Notes under the pieces: generated by a model | Told to the model about the DNA's origin: nothing | Seen by the model: the letters and a program-made list of their open reading frames with translations, nothing else | Database searches by the model: none | DNA from: Hormiphora californensis | Lineage: Eukaryota; Animalia; Ctenophora | NCBI GenBank assembly: GCA_020137815.1 | Contig: CM035353.1 | Coordinates: 620,001-684,000, forward strand | Direction of reading: 5' to 3' | DNA length: 64,000 nucleotides | Translations under genes and position numbers: made by a program | In this document: positions 35,901 through 56,371 of the stretch, piece after piece | How positions within the stretch are numbered: position 1 is the first letter of the stretch | Layout of the letters: the number at the start of each line of letters is the position of its first letter

Positions 35901-36742
35901 GGTCCGTGCAGTTCGTCTGATCGTATCCGTTTTTGCAATAAGAAAATGTTGAAGGAACTTGATGTGCGGGATACGGGGTTGGTACGAAGCATCGTGTTCT
36001 GTTGTTGAGGGGAAACTGCGTACTGAAAAACAGACCAGATCCTCGGAAAGTGCAAAATTGTGACTGGTCATCATCGTTCTGGTGTATCGTCGTCGTGAGT
36101 TCAAAATCGAAGACAAAAAACGGTCCCACGGCTGATGAAGTTAGATACCCGTATGTGAAGCCGTTACACATGGTTTCCTCCAGACAATTCCAATCACCAG
36201 AAACATCACTAGGTCCGTCCAATATCTCGATATCATCACAAATTTTGTTACAGATAGATGCTGGTGTTGTTGCTATGGTAACACCCTGAATTACATACTC
36301 CTTCATTTCTCCGTTTGATGTAGTATTGCAGACGTTCTCCAAGTCGTGTTTAAATGTCCCACCTTTCTCCCGACAGATACTTCCGCAAACAGGATCTTCA
36401 TTTCTTAACTCCCATGGTTCATTCACGTTCTCATTTCTATAGTATTTTGCGATTCCTTTTTGCAAACGGCTCAGTCCACACGCCTGATAATTGGCTTCTT
36501 TGTCAGAACAGATGGATATCAACCGTAATGACGGCAGTCTTTGACAGCGGTTGGAAGTAGATGGATGCAGGTGTAGTTTTGGCTAGATATTGGACATTGG
36601 AAGGTGACAGTTGTACTAAGTTCAGATCGATTCCAAACAGACTCGGATCAGGAAATTGTTGAATTCCTGTGATTGGACAGCTGTTGCTGGTTACAAAAGG
36701 GATCATCAAAGCATACAGCCATGCCGTAGAAGTAATGATCAT
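32906..36742 (-). CDS. LDL-receptor class A repeat-containing rhodopsin-class GPCR (GRL101-like); one intron starting at 35770; apparent frameshifts near 36520 and 33520
   Basis: Signal peptide, LDLa motifs (CDTVNDCGDHSDE, CNGQIDCNDLSDE) and a 7TM region with GDTLTGLYL, ITDFCCWMP and LPLNSVLNPILY. Confidence 0.88.
34995..35621. repeat. 33-bp minisatellite x19 spanning the GPCR splice acceptor
   Basis: Unit ACAAAGGGCATGTTTGTGGATGTTACAGTACCT; 627 bp divided by 33 is 19. Confidence 0.97.
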
Positions 36743-36883
36743 CAACTCTACTGATCAAGTTAAAACCTGGAAGGTAAACTAGGGAAATAGGAAAATCAAA
36801 TATTGTCCAAATATATATTACAGTACACAAGTAACGTTTAACAAAGCCCAAGAGGGTACTGGCATGGTTATATCATAATGGTT

Positions 36884-37043
36884 AGCGGTAAAATCACCCA
36901 ATTTTTGGCACCGAATTCAGACGTTTTTGGCTCGATGCCCTCTTTCCAACGAGCCGAAGGGGCAGCGGTTTAACCAAGAAATGGTTGAGTTATGGTAAAA
37001 AACGTCTAAATTTGGTGCCAAAAAGTGGGTGATTTCAACGCTT
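36884..37043. mobile_element. Short TIR MITE
   Basis: AGCGGTAAAATCACCCAATTTTTGGCACC is inverted against GGTGCCAAAAAGTGGGTGATTTCAACGCT. Confidence 0.7.
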
Positions 37044-37901
37044 ACAGTGTAGTAGAATATCGATCCTTGAATGAAAGACAAAAGTATGAAAAGTTGTGAG
37101 TGCCTGGCACAGTCTGTGCCAAAGGTTGATTCTCTCGATCTCACATATTATGCGAAGCGAGAGCCGAGAATAGGTAGCAATGGTACCACCCTCTGTGTCT
37201 CTGTCTCTGTCACTGTCTCTGTCTCATGTCTCTGTCTCTGTTTATCATGTGCTACCGTAACACGTGATAAAAATTATCACTTGACTTACGGGAGCTCACC
37301 CCATCTGAGCGCCCAGCTGTTTTGAGAATTAAAAAATTCAAAATTTTCAAAAATATTCAAACTTGTTTCAAAAATTTTCCGAAATTTAGTCGATTTAGTA
37401 TAGGGTACCCCCAAGGACGAAACCAGTATGAGTAAGGGTAGAGTAATTAAGGGTAGACTAATTTTTTTAAGACCCCTAACTGGTAATTGTTTTAGGTGGG
37501 TGGGTACCTACTACCTAGTGGGTCTCTGAGCAATAACCAAACATTTGCATTTTGGCATGGCGTGAGGCGTCCAACCAACAAAGTCATACCATAGCATTTT
37601 AAAATACGTTAAAAAATGTGGAGAAACTTACTTCTCACCCAAAAAAACAAAAGCTTACGTCAATAGCATTAAAACATCTTCTTGGTATATGTATGTACTA
37701 CTATTTTTAAAACTTTTAATAAAAGTAAAACTTTTAATAAAGCTAAAACATCGCCCCCTGGTTTTCGCAAGTTTGTGCCTGCCATATTTCTGGTTCCTGA
37801 TAAGTGACTTCATCCCGAGTGCATTGGAAATATAATTTCAAGACCGGCACTGTTAGGAAAGCCCGAGCACTAACGAAATTGAAAGCACTCTCTCCCTTTA
37901 A

Positions 37902-39291
37902 GGGTACGCTAACCAAAAATTTTTTTCGAGTGCAGGGAAATCTCTCACCGTAGGGTTGTAGGCCATGACAAGGAGACCTCAAATATGCAATTTGAGCTCT
38001 CAAGTCGAATTCATATTTTTGCTACAGCTATTTAAAAAATGTCCTGTAAATACGTTTTTGGCATCTCAAAAATTTTTTTTAAAAGATAGGAGCATGAAAA
38101 TTTGGGGATTTGAAGAGGACATGAAGGGGAATAACCACAAAAAAAATTTTTGCAATCCGAGCTGATTTCCGGTCCTGAGATGGATTTCTTTTTTTCCACT
38201 TTAACGCCCTATTTGGCAAAGTTCCGAAAACATGTGAAAGCAGTAAATTGGTGAAAAGTTGCGTCTAACGATTATCTAAGTGGCCATAAATTTTGGGCGT
38301 GTCCTTATTTGAAATAAGATGTACAGAGTTTTTTTTGTGAAAGCCGTCATTTCAGAAATAAATAAATTCCCTGTATCTCAAAAACGGCTGATCGTAGAGA
38401 CCTGAGACTATGCTTAAACGATTCAGAAGGTCCGATTTTGGGGGGGTCTTCTGAGAGACATTTTGCTCCTACTTCAACCGTTTTTGCTGTAATTGCGAAA
38501 AACAAATTCTATGGAAAGGGCAAGAGCTAAACTCCAATATCCTGTAATTAGGGAATTTTGGCTAAGAAAGGACCGAAACTATGGAAAAATGTGTAACAAG
38601 CTAATTCCTTCACTATTTGGTCCATATGGGTCCCTATAATCACCAAAAACAAAATCACAAAAAATCCACGATGGCGAAGATGGGTTTTTGTTTTTCGCAA
38701 TTACAGCAAAAACGGTTGAAGTAGGAGCAAAATGTCTCTCAGAAGACCCCCCCAAAATCGGACCTTCTGAATCGTTTAAGCATAGTCTCAGGTCTCTACG
38801 ATCAGCCGTTTTTGAGATACAGGGAATTTATTTGTTTCTGAAATGACGGCTTTCACAAAAAAAACTCTGTACATCTTATTTCAAATAAGGACACGCCCAA
38901 AATTTATGGCCACTTAGATAATCGTTAGACGCAACTTTTCACCAATTTACAGCTTTCACATGTTTTCGGAACTTTGCCAAATAGGGCGTTAAAGTGGAAA
39001 AAAAGAAATCCATCTCAGGACCGGAAATCAGCTCGGATTGCAAAAATTTTTTTTGTGGTTATTCCCCTTCATGTCCTCTTCAAATCCCCAAATTTTCATG
39101 CTCCTATCTTTTAAAAAAAATTTTTGAGATGCCAAAAACGTATTTACAGGACATTTTTTAAATAGCTGTAGCAAAAATATGAATTCGACTTGAGAGCTCA
39201 AATTGCATATTTGAGGTCTCCTTGTCATGGCCTACAACCCTACGGTGAGAGATTTCCCTGCACTCGAAAAAAATTTTTGGTTAGCGTACCC
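37902..39291. mobile_element. Foldback non-autonomous element with ~605-bp arms and TTAA TSD (Kolobok-like RR..YY ends)
   Basis: TTAA|GGGTACGCTAACC...GGTTAGCGTACCC|TTAA. The same 66-aa spurious ORF appears on both strands. Confidence 0.92.
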
Positions 39292-40131
39292 TTAAAGAGA
39301 GAATGTGTTTGAGATAGAGAGAGTTTTGAGAATTGGCCTTTCTCAGTTCTCACATATGATATAAAGTAGTCTATTCTATCAGTTGTCACGTAAACAACCC
39401 ATTTTGAGCCGAAAAAAGTTGCTGGATTGAACTTCAATTTGAAGTAGGGGGCTAAAAATCGCCCGAAAAATTTTCGGAAAAGTGGCACAAAATGTGATTT
39501 TAAATCGCCACGGGCAACGTTTTTGAACTTCAATTTTAGGCCTTCTATGAAATCTAAAACCGCCGGTCCGCCAAATATTATAGCTTTAGGATCTATATAG
39601 AACTGAGTTTAATTTACAATTTGAGTATTCAATCTTAGCAAAAGACCTTAACCAGGTCCGTGGATTTTTGACAAATTTCTAAAAATAGCCCACAAAATGA
39701 AATGTGAGAGTGGGATTTAGATTTAATTTTTACACAAATGTCCCAAAAAGATGTTATTCTTTCCCTATAAAAAGTCCTGGATCCATTGGAATGGATCCAT
39801 TACGACCTCTTCGACTTCAGGGCTAAAACCAAGGACTGAATTTTGGGTAGGGAGACCGGTCAACTTATGTCATTGGATTTGAAAACTTCAATCATGGTCT
39901 TAGGGTTGTCAAATTGTCCAAATTAAAATTTGCATATTCATGCACCGATTCATGATTTAATGAATATTCTGAATATTTCCACTTTTATGAACATATTTCG
40001 ACGCAAAAGAGTCGATCTATGGGGGGTCGTCCTCCGGACAAAAAGTCGTATCTCGCACCGTTTAGCCGTTATTTGCATATTTATGATACTTGTTTACAAA
40101 AATCCTGAGAAACTAGACCAAAAAACAAAGT

Positions 40132-40380
40132 AAATTTGTTTGGAACACCCGTGGCCTTTTGTCGATATTTGACGCTGCGGGAAATGCACCCTTCTTCAGA
40201 GCAAGACGCGAGGAAGAGTGAGAGAGAGTGTGGGTGTATTACTATTAGAACTTGGAGAGAGATGGCACAACGATACCCATAAGTAGCTCGAGCTATCTGA
40301 TCAGATTACCTATGTGTGCATTTCCCGCAGCGTCAAATATCGACAAATCACAAAAGGCCACGGGTGTTCCAAACAAATTT
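40132..40380. repeat. Inverted repeat / MITE-like hairpin
   Basis: AAATTTGTTTGGAACACCCGTGGCC...GCGGGAAATGCAC recurs inverted at 40315-40380. Confidence 0.8.
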
Positions 40381-40552
40381 CCTTTGTTTTTTGAAGTTAC
40401 TGCAAGGCCAAGGCTGGCCCTAATTTCTAATCTAGAGTTCAATCTATTAATCATTAAAATGAGGACTAGAGACTGAAGACACAGGAATGAAATGAATATG
40501 CAACCTTATTTTAATTTTAATTTTAACTTTGGTGTGTGGTGACCCTAAGTTA

Positions 40553-40946
40553 GGGTCACCACACACCAAAGTTAAAATTAAAATTAAAATTTGACGTTTT
40601 TGGTCATAACTCTGCCATTTCTTGGCAAAATTGCCTCATTTTGGGCTCATTTGAAAGAGGGCATCGAGCCCGTTCTGAATAGCTCAAGAAACTTGAAATC
40701 TGCGCAAAGTGCGCGGCGTTACAGTGCAAAATGTGTGCGTTAAAATTTTAAAATTTTAACGCGCGCATTATGCGCCTTAACGCCGCGCACTCTGCACCGA
40801 TTTTAAGTTTCTTGAGCTCTTCAGAACGGGCTCGATGCCCTCTTTCAAATGAGCCCAAAAAGAAGCAATTTTGCCAAGAAATGGCAGAGTTATGACCAAA
40901 AACGTCAAATTTTAATTTTAATTTTAACTTTGGTGTGTGGTGACCC
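40553..40946. mobile_element. Palindromic MITE with TTA TSD (PIF/Harbinger-type); an extra orphan TIR lies immediately to its left
   Basis: TTA|GGGTCACCACACACC...GGTGTGTGGTGACCC|TTA. Confidence 0.88.
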
Positions 40947-41439
40947 TTATTGAATTTGAATAAAGACAAAAGATAGTGACCAATGACAATATGAGTAGCT
41001 CACAACCACTAACCATACAGCAACCACTAACATACTCTGACACAGACATGACAAACAATGGCACAGACAAACTGACTGTTAGTAGAGGGGTTGTAGCACC
41101 GGGAGGTAATGAGTAAACACACACACACGCATTGAGCAAGCTCAATGTTTAGCTATTCTCCGGCTGGGTATAGGGCTGAGGTACTGGCAAGATATAGTAG
41201 GATCGCTACAACAGTCAACAAACAGACAACCTGACAGACGAACAAACAAACGACATGACAAACGAACAAACAAACGATCATACAGACAAGGAGGCTGCTT
41301 TTGACAAGCACCACAAGTGCACAATCAAGGGTGTTGCTCATGATACAGACAAGTTTTAGACAAGTTTTAGACAAGTTTTAAAAATGATTCAGGTCGGTGT
41401 TACCCGACCCAAGAAAATACAATAATAATTTAATTAATA

Positions 41440-42690
41440 ATTTAAAACACACTCAAAAAATAAATATAGTTAAAAAGAGGAAATCTGGAGAAGTGGGGAG
41501 GGAGATGGGGGAGGGAGAAGGGATCAAGGTATCTGTGTATGGGGGGGTGCATAGTGATAGAGTTGGTGGTAAGTGGAGAAGAGAACAGTGTGGTTAAGGG
41601 AGTGGGAATGACCGGGTGGAAGGGTGAGAGAGAGAAACACGATGCTAAGAGAGAGGTGAACAGCAGTGAGGTGGAGAGGGAGCACTTAAACAGGGGGAAA
41701 GGAAGAAGGGAATAGAGGTAGTAAGACAACGTGCGGGAGGCGGGGGACCGGAGGTAAAGGAGGACTGAGGCTGACGAAGAGCACTGAGAGCAGCTAGGGA
41801 TGGGTTCCTGGGAAAGGGCAGCGAGGTCTGGAGAAAAGGGTGAGATGAAGGAGGGCCAGAGGTGAGGAATGGAAAAGGTGAGAGTACCAGAAGAGCAAGA
41901 GGCGAGACGATGATCCGGATCAAAAAGGGGGGGCTGGAACGAGGAGGGAGATGGAGGAGTCCAGACCAGCGGTGGAGACGACGAGAAGGAAGCGGAGTGT
42001 CGGTGGAGCCTGGCTGTCGGGGACAGGGGACTGACGGAGAGATGCAACTCAGAGAGAGGAAGTAGATGGAAACCACGGACAGGAAAAAGGGCGGTGAGGG
42101 CTGGAAACGGTGAAGGAGGGCCAGAGATGGAGGTGAGGAAGGAGAGGGGAGCACCCAGTGAGCAGAAGAGGCGATGACCTGGATCAGAGGGACGGTAGCC
42201 TGGAACAGAGGGTAACAGAGGAGAGCTGGAACGAGGAATACGAGGAGGTCTGACAGAGCGGTAGAGAGGGAAGGGGTGGAAAGGGTTGGAGTCAGCAGTC
42301 GAGAAGAAGTGGAGGCGGTGACCTGAATCAAAGGGACGGTAGCCTGGAACAGAGGGTATCAGAGGAGAGCTGGAACGAGGAGTATGAGGAGGAGGTCTGA
42401 CAGGGCGGTAGAGACGAAGAGCAGGAAGGGACTGTCGGAGGGCTCCAGGGAGGGGGTGGAAAGGGTTGGAGTCAGCAGGCGAGAAGAAGTAGGGCAGGAA
42501 ATAAGGGTTGAGGAAGGGAGGAGTGGGAGCCGGTGTACAAAAGACGCGGGAAACCAGACAAAGGAAGAGAGGAAGAGATGACGTAGCACAGGTGTACCCC
42601 GCGCGATACATAGTCCCCGTAGAGTGGAGGTAGCGGTGTGTTTTTCCGAAGTCCTAGCAGCCATCTCAGAAAGCTGGTTTGACATTTTTC
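41440..42690 (-). mobile_element. Probable degenerate 3' fragment of a non-LTR retrotransposon with an internal ~150-bp duplication
   Basis: QTSFLRWLLGLRKNTP...LYGD resembles a post-RT segment, and CSQC...LRSP resembles a decayed zinc knuckle. Strong strand purine bias. Confidence 0.35.
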
Positions 42691-42965
42691 TGTTTGCAGT
42701 GATTTGCGAAAATTTGTGAATGTGTGCGATAGATTTCGATAACTACTTGCGCGGCGCAATAATAGCGCGTGACAGTTGCGCGCACGAAAAACAGGTATAT
42801 TCGATTAATAAAAATACGATGCGCACACGATTTCCAAAGTTTTCAAGCGTGTTTTTTCAAGCGTGTTTTTTATCGATCAAAGTTTTGGAATGCGCTGCAG
42901 CCCCCTCATGCGCGCACCCCCGCAATATTATATTATAAGGGGCCTGCAACGTATGCCAAATCAAA

Positions 42966-43560
42966 GTTAAAATCTGGGTGCCTTCCATTGCTAACAATAG
43001 GGATCCCTAATAAAGTTGTGACTTGTCACTGTAGTCTTGCGGAGGCGCAGTTGTGACTTGTCACCGCGTGTGCGCGTACCAAAACGCACGTGGTTCCCAC
43101 TGCGCGTAGCTGCGGCGCGGCGTAAACCATGCGGTGACAAGTTACAATCGCGCATTTTGAAGCCGCGCCGCCACGGGAACCACATGTTTGGTGACAAGTC
43201 ACAACTTTATTAGGGATCCCTATGAGGAAGCTCGGAAATGTTCATGTCATGCACATTCAAGTCACGCCCTCCAATCACTGCTCAGAACGCGCGGATCGCA
43301 AGAGCCGTTCTGAGCTGTGATTGGTGGGCGTGACTTGAATGTGCATGACATGAACATTTCCGGGCCTCCTCATTCATCGATTTTGGCGCTCGAAACGGGT
43401 TAGGGCTGTTGTTAGGGTCGGGTTAGGGTTTTGTTGGAAAACGTTAAAATCTGGGTGCCTTTCATTGCTAACAATGCGTAGTTTTGGCGTGCGCAACGGG
43501 TTAGGGCTATCCGTTAGGGTCTGGTTAGGGTTTGGTTTGGGGTTATCGGTTAGGGCTATC
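42966..43560. mobile_element. Nested repeat cluster: two abutting palindromic MITEs (~42998-43222 and ~43222-43374) inside an element with 33-bp direct repeats and GGGTTAGGG-like motifs
   Basis: TAGGGATCCCTAATAAAGTTGTGACTTGTCAC TIRs, ATGAGG..CGGAAATGTTCATGTCATGC arms, and GTTAAAATCTGGGTGCCTT at 42966 and 43444. Confidence 0.8.
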
Positions 43561-43646
43561 GATTCTCTATCAGTTACCGTTTAGTTTACTCAAATTGGCG
43601 ATGTGGTTGCGTGGCTATAGCCGTTTGGAAAAAGTCTGTCTAAGTG

Positions 43647-43682
43647 AACTTTTCAACACTATTTTAAAAAAATTAATTTGAG
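43647..43682 (+). other. Relict (retroposed) spliced-leader sequence, copy 2
   Basis: AACTTTTCAACACTATTTTAAAAAAATTAATTTGAG is followed by CGATG, with no GT donor. Confidence 0.8.
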
Positions 43683-43799
43683 CGATGTCGCAAAAGAAGA
43701 CGGTGAACTGCTTATTATGGAAGACAGCGAAAAGAGAATTTCCTGCGAACGTGGATATCGCCCGGGGATATCGCCCGTGGATTGACATGGTTGTGTAGC

Positions 43800-44146
43800 A
43801 TAAACAGTTTAATACACAGCAGACTGGACTACTGTAACAGCCTCCTTGCTGGTTCTTCTGCCAAAGACATAGGTCGTTTACAGAAGATTCAAAACTCTGC
43901 GGCCCGTTTCGTCTTTGGACAACGCCTCTACCAAGGCACCACAAACCTTCGCAAACAGCTTCATTTCCTACCCGTTCGAGAAAGAGTGCAGTACAAGTTG
44001 TGTCTACTGACATACAAAACACTGATTAGTATAGCCCCACCTTACCTCTCGAAGATGATATCACTCCGTCAACCGAAGTTAAAAAGTCTACGAAGGGATG
44101 CTGACAAAACCTTACTTGACAAGAACTATGCCAGATATTGTTCGAG
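43800..44146 (+). mobile_element. L2/Crack-type LINE ORF2 post-RT fragment
   Basis: SLIHSRLDYCNSLLAG...RLQKIQNSAARFVFG...LHFLPVRERVQYKLCLLTYK...APPYL. Confidence 0.88.
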
Positions 44147-44842
44147 TTTAGTGTCGCTGCTCCGGTAACTGGGTAATATGAAATAGCCAAGCGGCGTGCA
44201 CGATATTACAGTTAGTGGCTGACAATCGGGTTAAAAAAGAGATGCTGTAAAGTACAAACCCCCTTTTAACAGCACCAGACGATGGATGTGTACACACTCT
44301 TACACTCTTACACACAACAATCATAACCAGTAAACGACCGGACAGGCATTCACCCGGATGCCTTTTTACTTTGTAAAAAGGCATAGCAGGGTTAGAATTC
44401 GAAAACGACATTTTGGTATACTAACTAATCGGTAGAGGGACCTTTTTGGTCACACTTTCGTTGCGAGGGGCAACCTCGCGGCGCGCGATCTGAGTAAAAT
44501 GTGCGCACACAAACAATTGAAATTTTATGAGGGGCGCGCAGCTATAAACTGTAACATGCGGCAAAATTTGTTTTATATCGGCCGCACGTTTTGATTGGGG
44601 AAAATGGAGAAATTGAAAAATCTGTTCTGCGTTTTGTTCAAAAATTCGAAAAACACAAATCCCCATTTTGCGGACAGCTTACTCGTTGGGCGAGTTGAAT
44701 GGCAAATCGAAGAGGGCAGGGAAACGTAGCATTATGGATACATAATGCAAATAATTATTTTCCGGTGCCGTCGACGCCGGCCCGGCGTTGAAAGCAAATC
44801 AATTCAAATGGCATGTATTGGGTTGTATTGTAAACCCTTTAA

Positions 44843-53349
<8,507 letters not shown>

Positions 53350-54017
53350 CCTGAAAAAAGAAGATCTACCTTAGAAGGAGAAGAGAAAGAGAAAAGAGAT
53401 CGGACAATCTATGTGCCACCTTTTTTGTTATTTTCAACTGCCATGAATCCAGGTCCAGGAAGGAGGGAGCGAGAGACACTATTTTTTGGGAGTGTGTACC
53501 AGTTGATCTGGGATAGGGCGTGAAAGAAAATATTTTAAACAGCGAGCTATTTTGAATAAACTAATGTTGATACAAATCGCGGTTCTTTTTTCAACATGTT
53601 TCCCCTTTTTTGGCCTGTGAAGATGGCTATTTTTCTGCGAATTTAACCGCCGTGATTTCAAAGTTTCCCTACTAAGCATAGTGCTCCACCACACTGCGTA
53701 TTACCCGGTCCATTATTATATACGGTGTTTCGTTTTGTGCCAATATTATACATAAAATATATAATGTATCTGTGTCTATGATGAATGATGTTTGAAGTAC
53801 TATGTATTGAATCTACCAACTTTAAATCGTGTGTTTTTTGGAATTTCAATATCTTTGGAATGGCCCATCCGACCCTATATTTTTATTACTTTCCCCCAAA
53901 TCAATTCAAATATAGATTGCTTCATAAACCATGCAGTACCTCTCTCTGACTCTCTCTCTTCCTGTCAGACCATTGGCCTGTCAGCCCCCCCCCCAGAGAG
54001 AGAGGGAGAGAGAAATA

Positions 54018-54477
54018 CAAATTTGGGCGGGATATGGCCGATGGTAGTTGGTGCATGGTTTGATAGACGATATCGACCAGGATTTCTTGCAATATAAAAC
54101 TATTAAACCAACTACCATCGCCCATTGGGGGGGGGTGACACGTAACACTTTGTAACACTTTGTAACATGTAACGTGCACAAAATATTTTCTGCACATGTT
54201 ACAAAGTGTTACAAGCGTTACAAAGTGTTACAAAGTGTTACAAAGTGTTACAAAATGTTGCAAAATGTTGCAAAATGTTGCAAAAAATGCCCATTTTGTA
54301 ACACTTTGTAACATTTTGTAACACTTTGTAACATTTTGTAACACTTTGTAACACTTTGTAACACTTTGTAACATGTAACGTGCACAAAGAGTTTTCTGCA
54401 CATGTTACAAAGTGTTACAAAGTGTTACGTGTCACCCCCCCCCCCCCCCCCCCCCATTGTATCCCGCCCAAATTGCA
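54018..54477. mobile_element. Palindromic element with internal 10-bp GTTACAAAGT repeats
   Basis: AATTTGGGCGGGATA / TATCCCGCCCAAATT and GGGGTGACACGTAACAC / GTGTTACGTGTCACCCC. Confidence 0.75.
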
Positions 54478-54498
54478 ATCTCTTTCTCTCTCTCTCTC

Positions 54499-54543
<45 letters not shown>

Positions 54544-54620
54544 GGCCCCTCTCTCTCTCTCCCCCTCTCTCGTCATGTTTCTAACCCACCCTCTTGCCCC
54601 TGTCTAGGAAGCATTGAATC

Positions 54621-55292
54621 ATGGTCAGGTGGGTCCCAATGGAAAGTAACCCAGAAGTCTGGAATGCCTTTCTCCAATCCCTTGGTCTACCCCTGAACAT
54701 CCAATTCACAGATGTGTTTGGCCTGGACCCGGAACTTCTAGCAATGGTCCCAGGTAGACCCCTCGCTGCCCTCCTTCTCTTCCCGATCTCTGAGAACACA
54801 GAGAAGCTAAGTGCGGAGAAACAAGCGGAGACGAAATCAGTTTCTGAGGAGGTCTTTTTCATGAAACAAACTGTGGGAAATGCCTGTGGAACCGTGGGTA
54901 TTCTACATGCCGTACTGAACAACCCCTCAATACCAGTTGGAGGAGAGGTGGAGGTGTTTCGGGCAGCGTGCCAAGGTAAAACACCCGGGGAACGAGCCCT
55001 GTTGTTGGAGGAAAATGCAGGGATTGCAGAGCGACATTCAACAGCCGCGTCTACCGGTCAAACTGCCGCCCCGTCCGCTGACGAGAAAGTGAACCTACAT
55101 TTCGTTACATTTGTTGAGGTGGCAGGGAGATTGTGGGAGTTGGATGGAAGGAAGGAGAAGGCGTGTGATTGGGGACTTGTTGCGGGAGGGGATGTGTTAG
55201 GGGCGGCTGCTGGGGCTGTAAAGAGATACATGGCCTGTGATCCGGAGGAGATGCGATTCACAGTGGTAGCTCTAACTGATATGAACCAGTAG
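54621..55292 (+). CDS. UCHL3: Ubiquitin C-terminal hydrolase (peptidase C12, UCHL1/UCHL3-like), intronless
   Basis: WVPMESNPEV, MKQTVGNACGTVGILHAV (catalytic Q/C), LHFVTF (H) and ELDGRK (D). Confidence 0.93.
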   Translation: MVRWVPMESNPEVWNAFLQSLGLPLNIQFTDVFGLDPELLAMVPGRPLAALLLFPISENTEKLSAEKQAETKSVSEEVFFMKQTVGNACGTVGILHAVLNNPSIPVGGEVEVFRAACQGKTPGERALLLEENAGIAERHSTAASTGQTAAPSADEKVNLHFVTFVEVAGRLWELDGRKEKACDWGLVAGGDVLGAAAGAVKRYMACDPEEMRFTVVALTDMNQ

Positions 55293-55404
55293 CTGTGTGC
55301 ATCACTGTGTGTGACTCACTCTGTGACACGAGGGAGAGAGAGACTGAACAGAACTAGTAGCTGTGTGAGTAGAGGGAGTCGGATGGAATATTGGGGGACT
55401 GGGG

Positions 55405-55760
55405 AGGGATGGTTTGAACAGTGAGAGGGACTGGGAGGGATGGTTTGAACAGTGAGAGAGACTGGGAGGGGTGGTTTGAACAGTGAGAGAGACTGGGAGG
55501 GGTGGTTTGAACAGTGAGAGACTGGGAGGGTGGTTTGAACAGTGAGAGACTGGGGAGGGGTGGTTTGAACAGTGAGAGACTGGGAGGGTGGTTTGAACAG
55601 TGAGAGACTGGGGATGGGTGGTTTGAACAGTGAGAGACTGGGGAGGGTGGTTTGAACAGTGAGAGAGACTGGGAGAGGTGGTTTGAACAGTGAGACTGGG
55701 AGGGGTGGTTTGAACAGTGAGAGACTGGGGAGGGGTGGTTTGAACTGTGAGAGACCGGGG
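55405..55760. repeat. ~29-31-bp minisatellite, ~12 copies
   Basis: GGTTTGAACAGTGAGAGACTGGGAGGG units. Confidence 0.93.
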
Positions 55761-56005
55761 TAGTATTTGTGTACCTTTTGTATCCAATTGCACTTGATGC
55801 TTTTCCTCAGAGAAGAAATATCTTCTCAGAGAAAGAGAGAGAAAGAGGGGGAAAGCATCATTTGCGTTTTTCATTTGTTACAAATTCGTTAAACACGGTG
55901 TTTTATTGGCAGGAAATATTTACAAAATGAATCTGAATAATAAACAAATAAATACAAATCTATCTGATGGCGTTCTAGAATTGTCCACGCGTGTTCGTCC
56001 CCTCT

Positions 56006-56371
56006 TCAAGCCTCCACAGCCTCAGCCTTCTTGATTTCTTCACTGCTTTCAACAGTTTTCACGGCAGCGGGTTCCTCTTTCTTCTCTTCTTCTTTTGTTT
56101 CTTCTTCCTTAGTTTCCTCTTCTTTAGTTTCCTCTGCTTCATCAGTCTTGGCCTTCTTCATTTCAGGCTCATCTTCGCTCGCCTCAGCAGGTCGTTTCGT
56201 CTCTTCCTCTTCTTTCTTCTCGACCTCCTCAGTCACGCCGTTCTCCTCAGTAGCAGCTCCATTCTCAGCGGGGGTTTCCTCCTTGGTAACCTCGGGGGTC
56301 TCCTCAGCGGGTTTTGTCTCCTCGATGGTCTTGGTCTCCTCAACAGTGTTAACGGGGGTATCGGCAGACAT
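56006..56371 (-). CDS. Small acidic intrinsically disordered nuclear protein, prothymosin/parathymosin-like (121 aa)
   Basis: ATG in CACAACATG context 18 nt after an acceptor. Very E/K/T-rich, no aromatic or Cys residues. ENG/EENG motifs and bipartite NLS KRPAE...KKAKTDE. Confidence 0.7.
   Translation of the reverse strand: MSADTPVNTVEETKTIEETKPAEETPEVTKEETPAENGAATEENGVTEEVEKKEEEETKRPAEASEDEPEMKKAKTDEAEETKEEETKEEETKEEEKKEEPAAVKTVESSEEIKKAEAVEA

Noticed and set aside
41442-42611. 389-aa Pro/Ser/Leu-rich ORF as a host gene
   Set aside because: Low complexity from pyrimidine strand bias leaves several frames open. More likely a decayed retroelement.
43395-43560. Interstitial telomere or chromosome fusion site
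   Set aside because: Only scattered degenerate GGGTTAGGG motifs within a repeat element, not a (TTAGGG)n tract.
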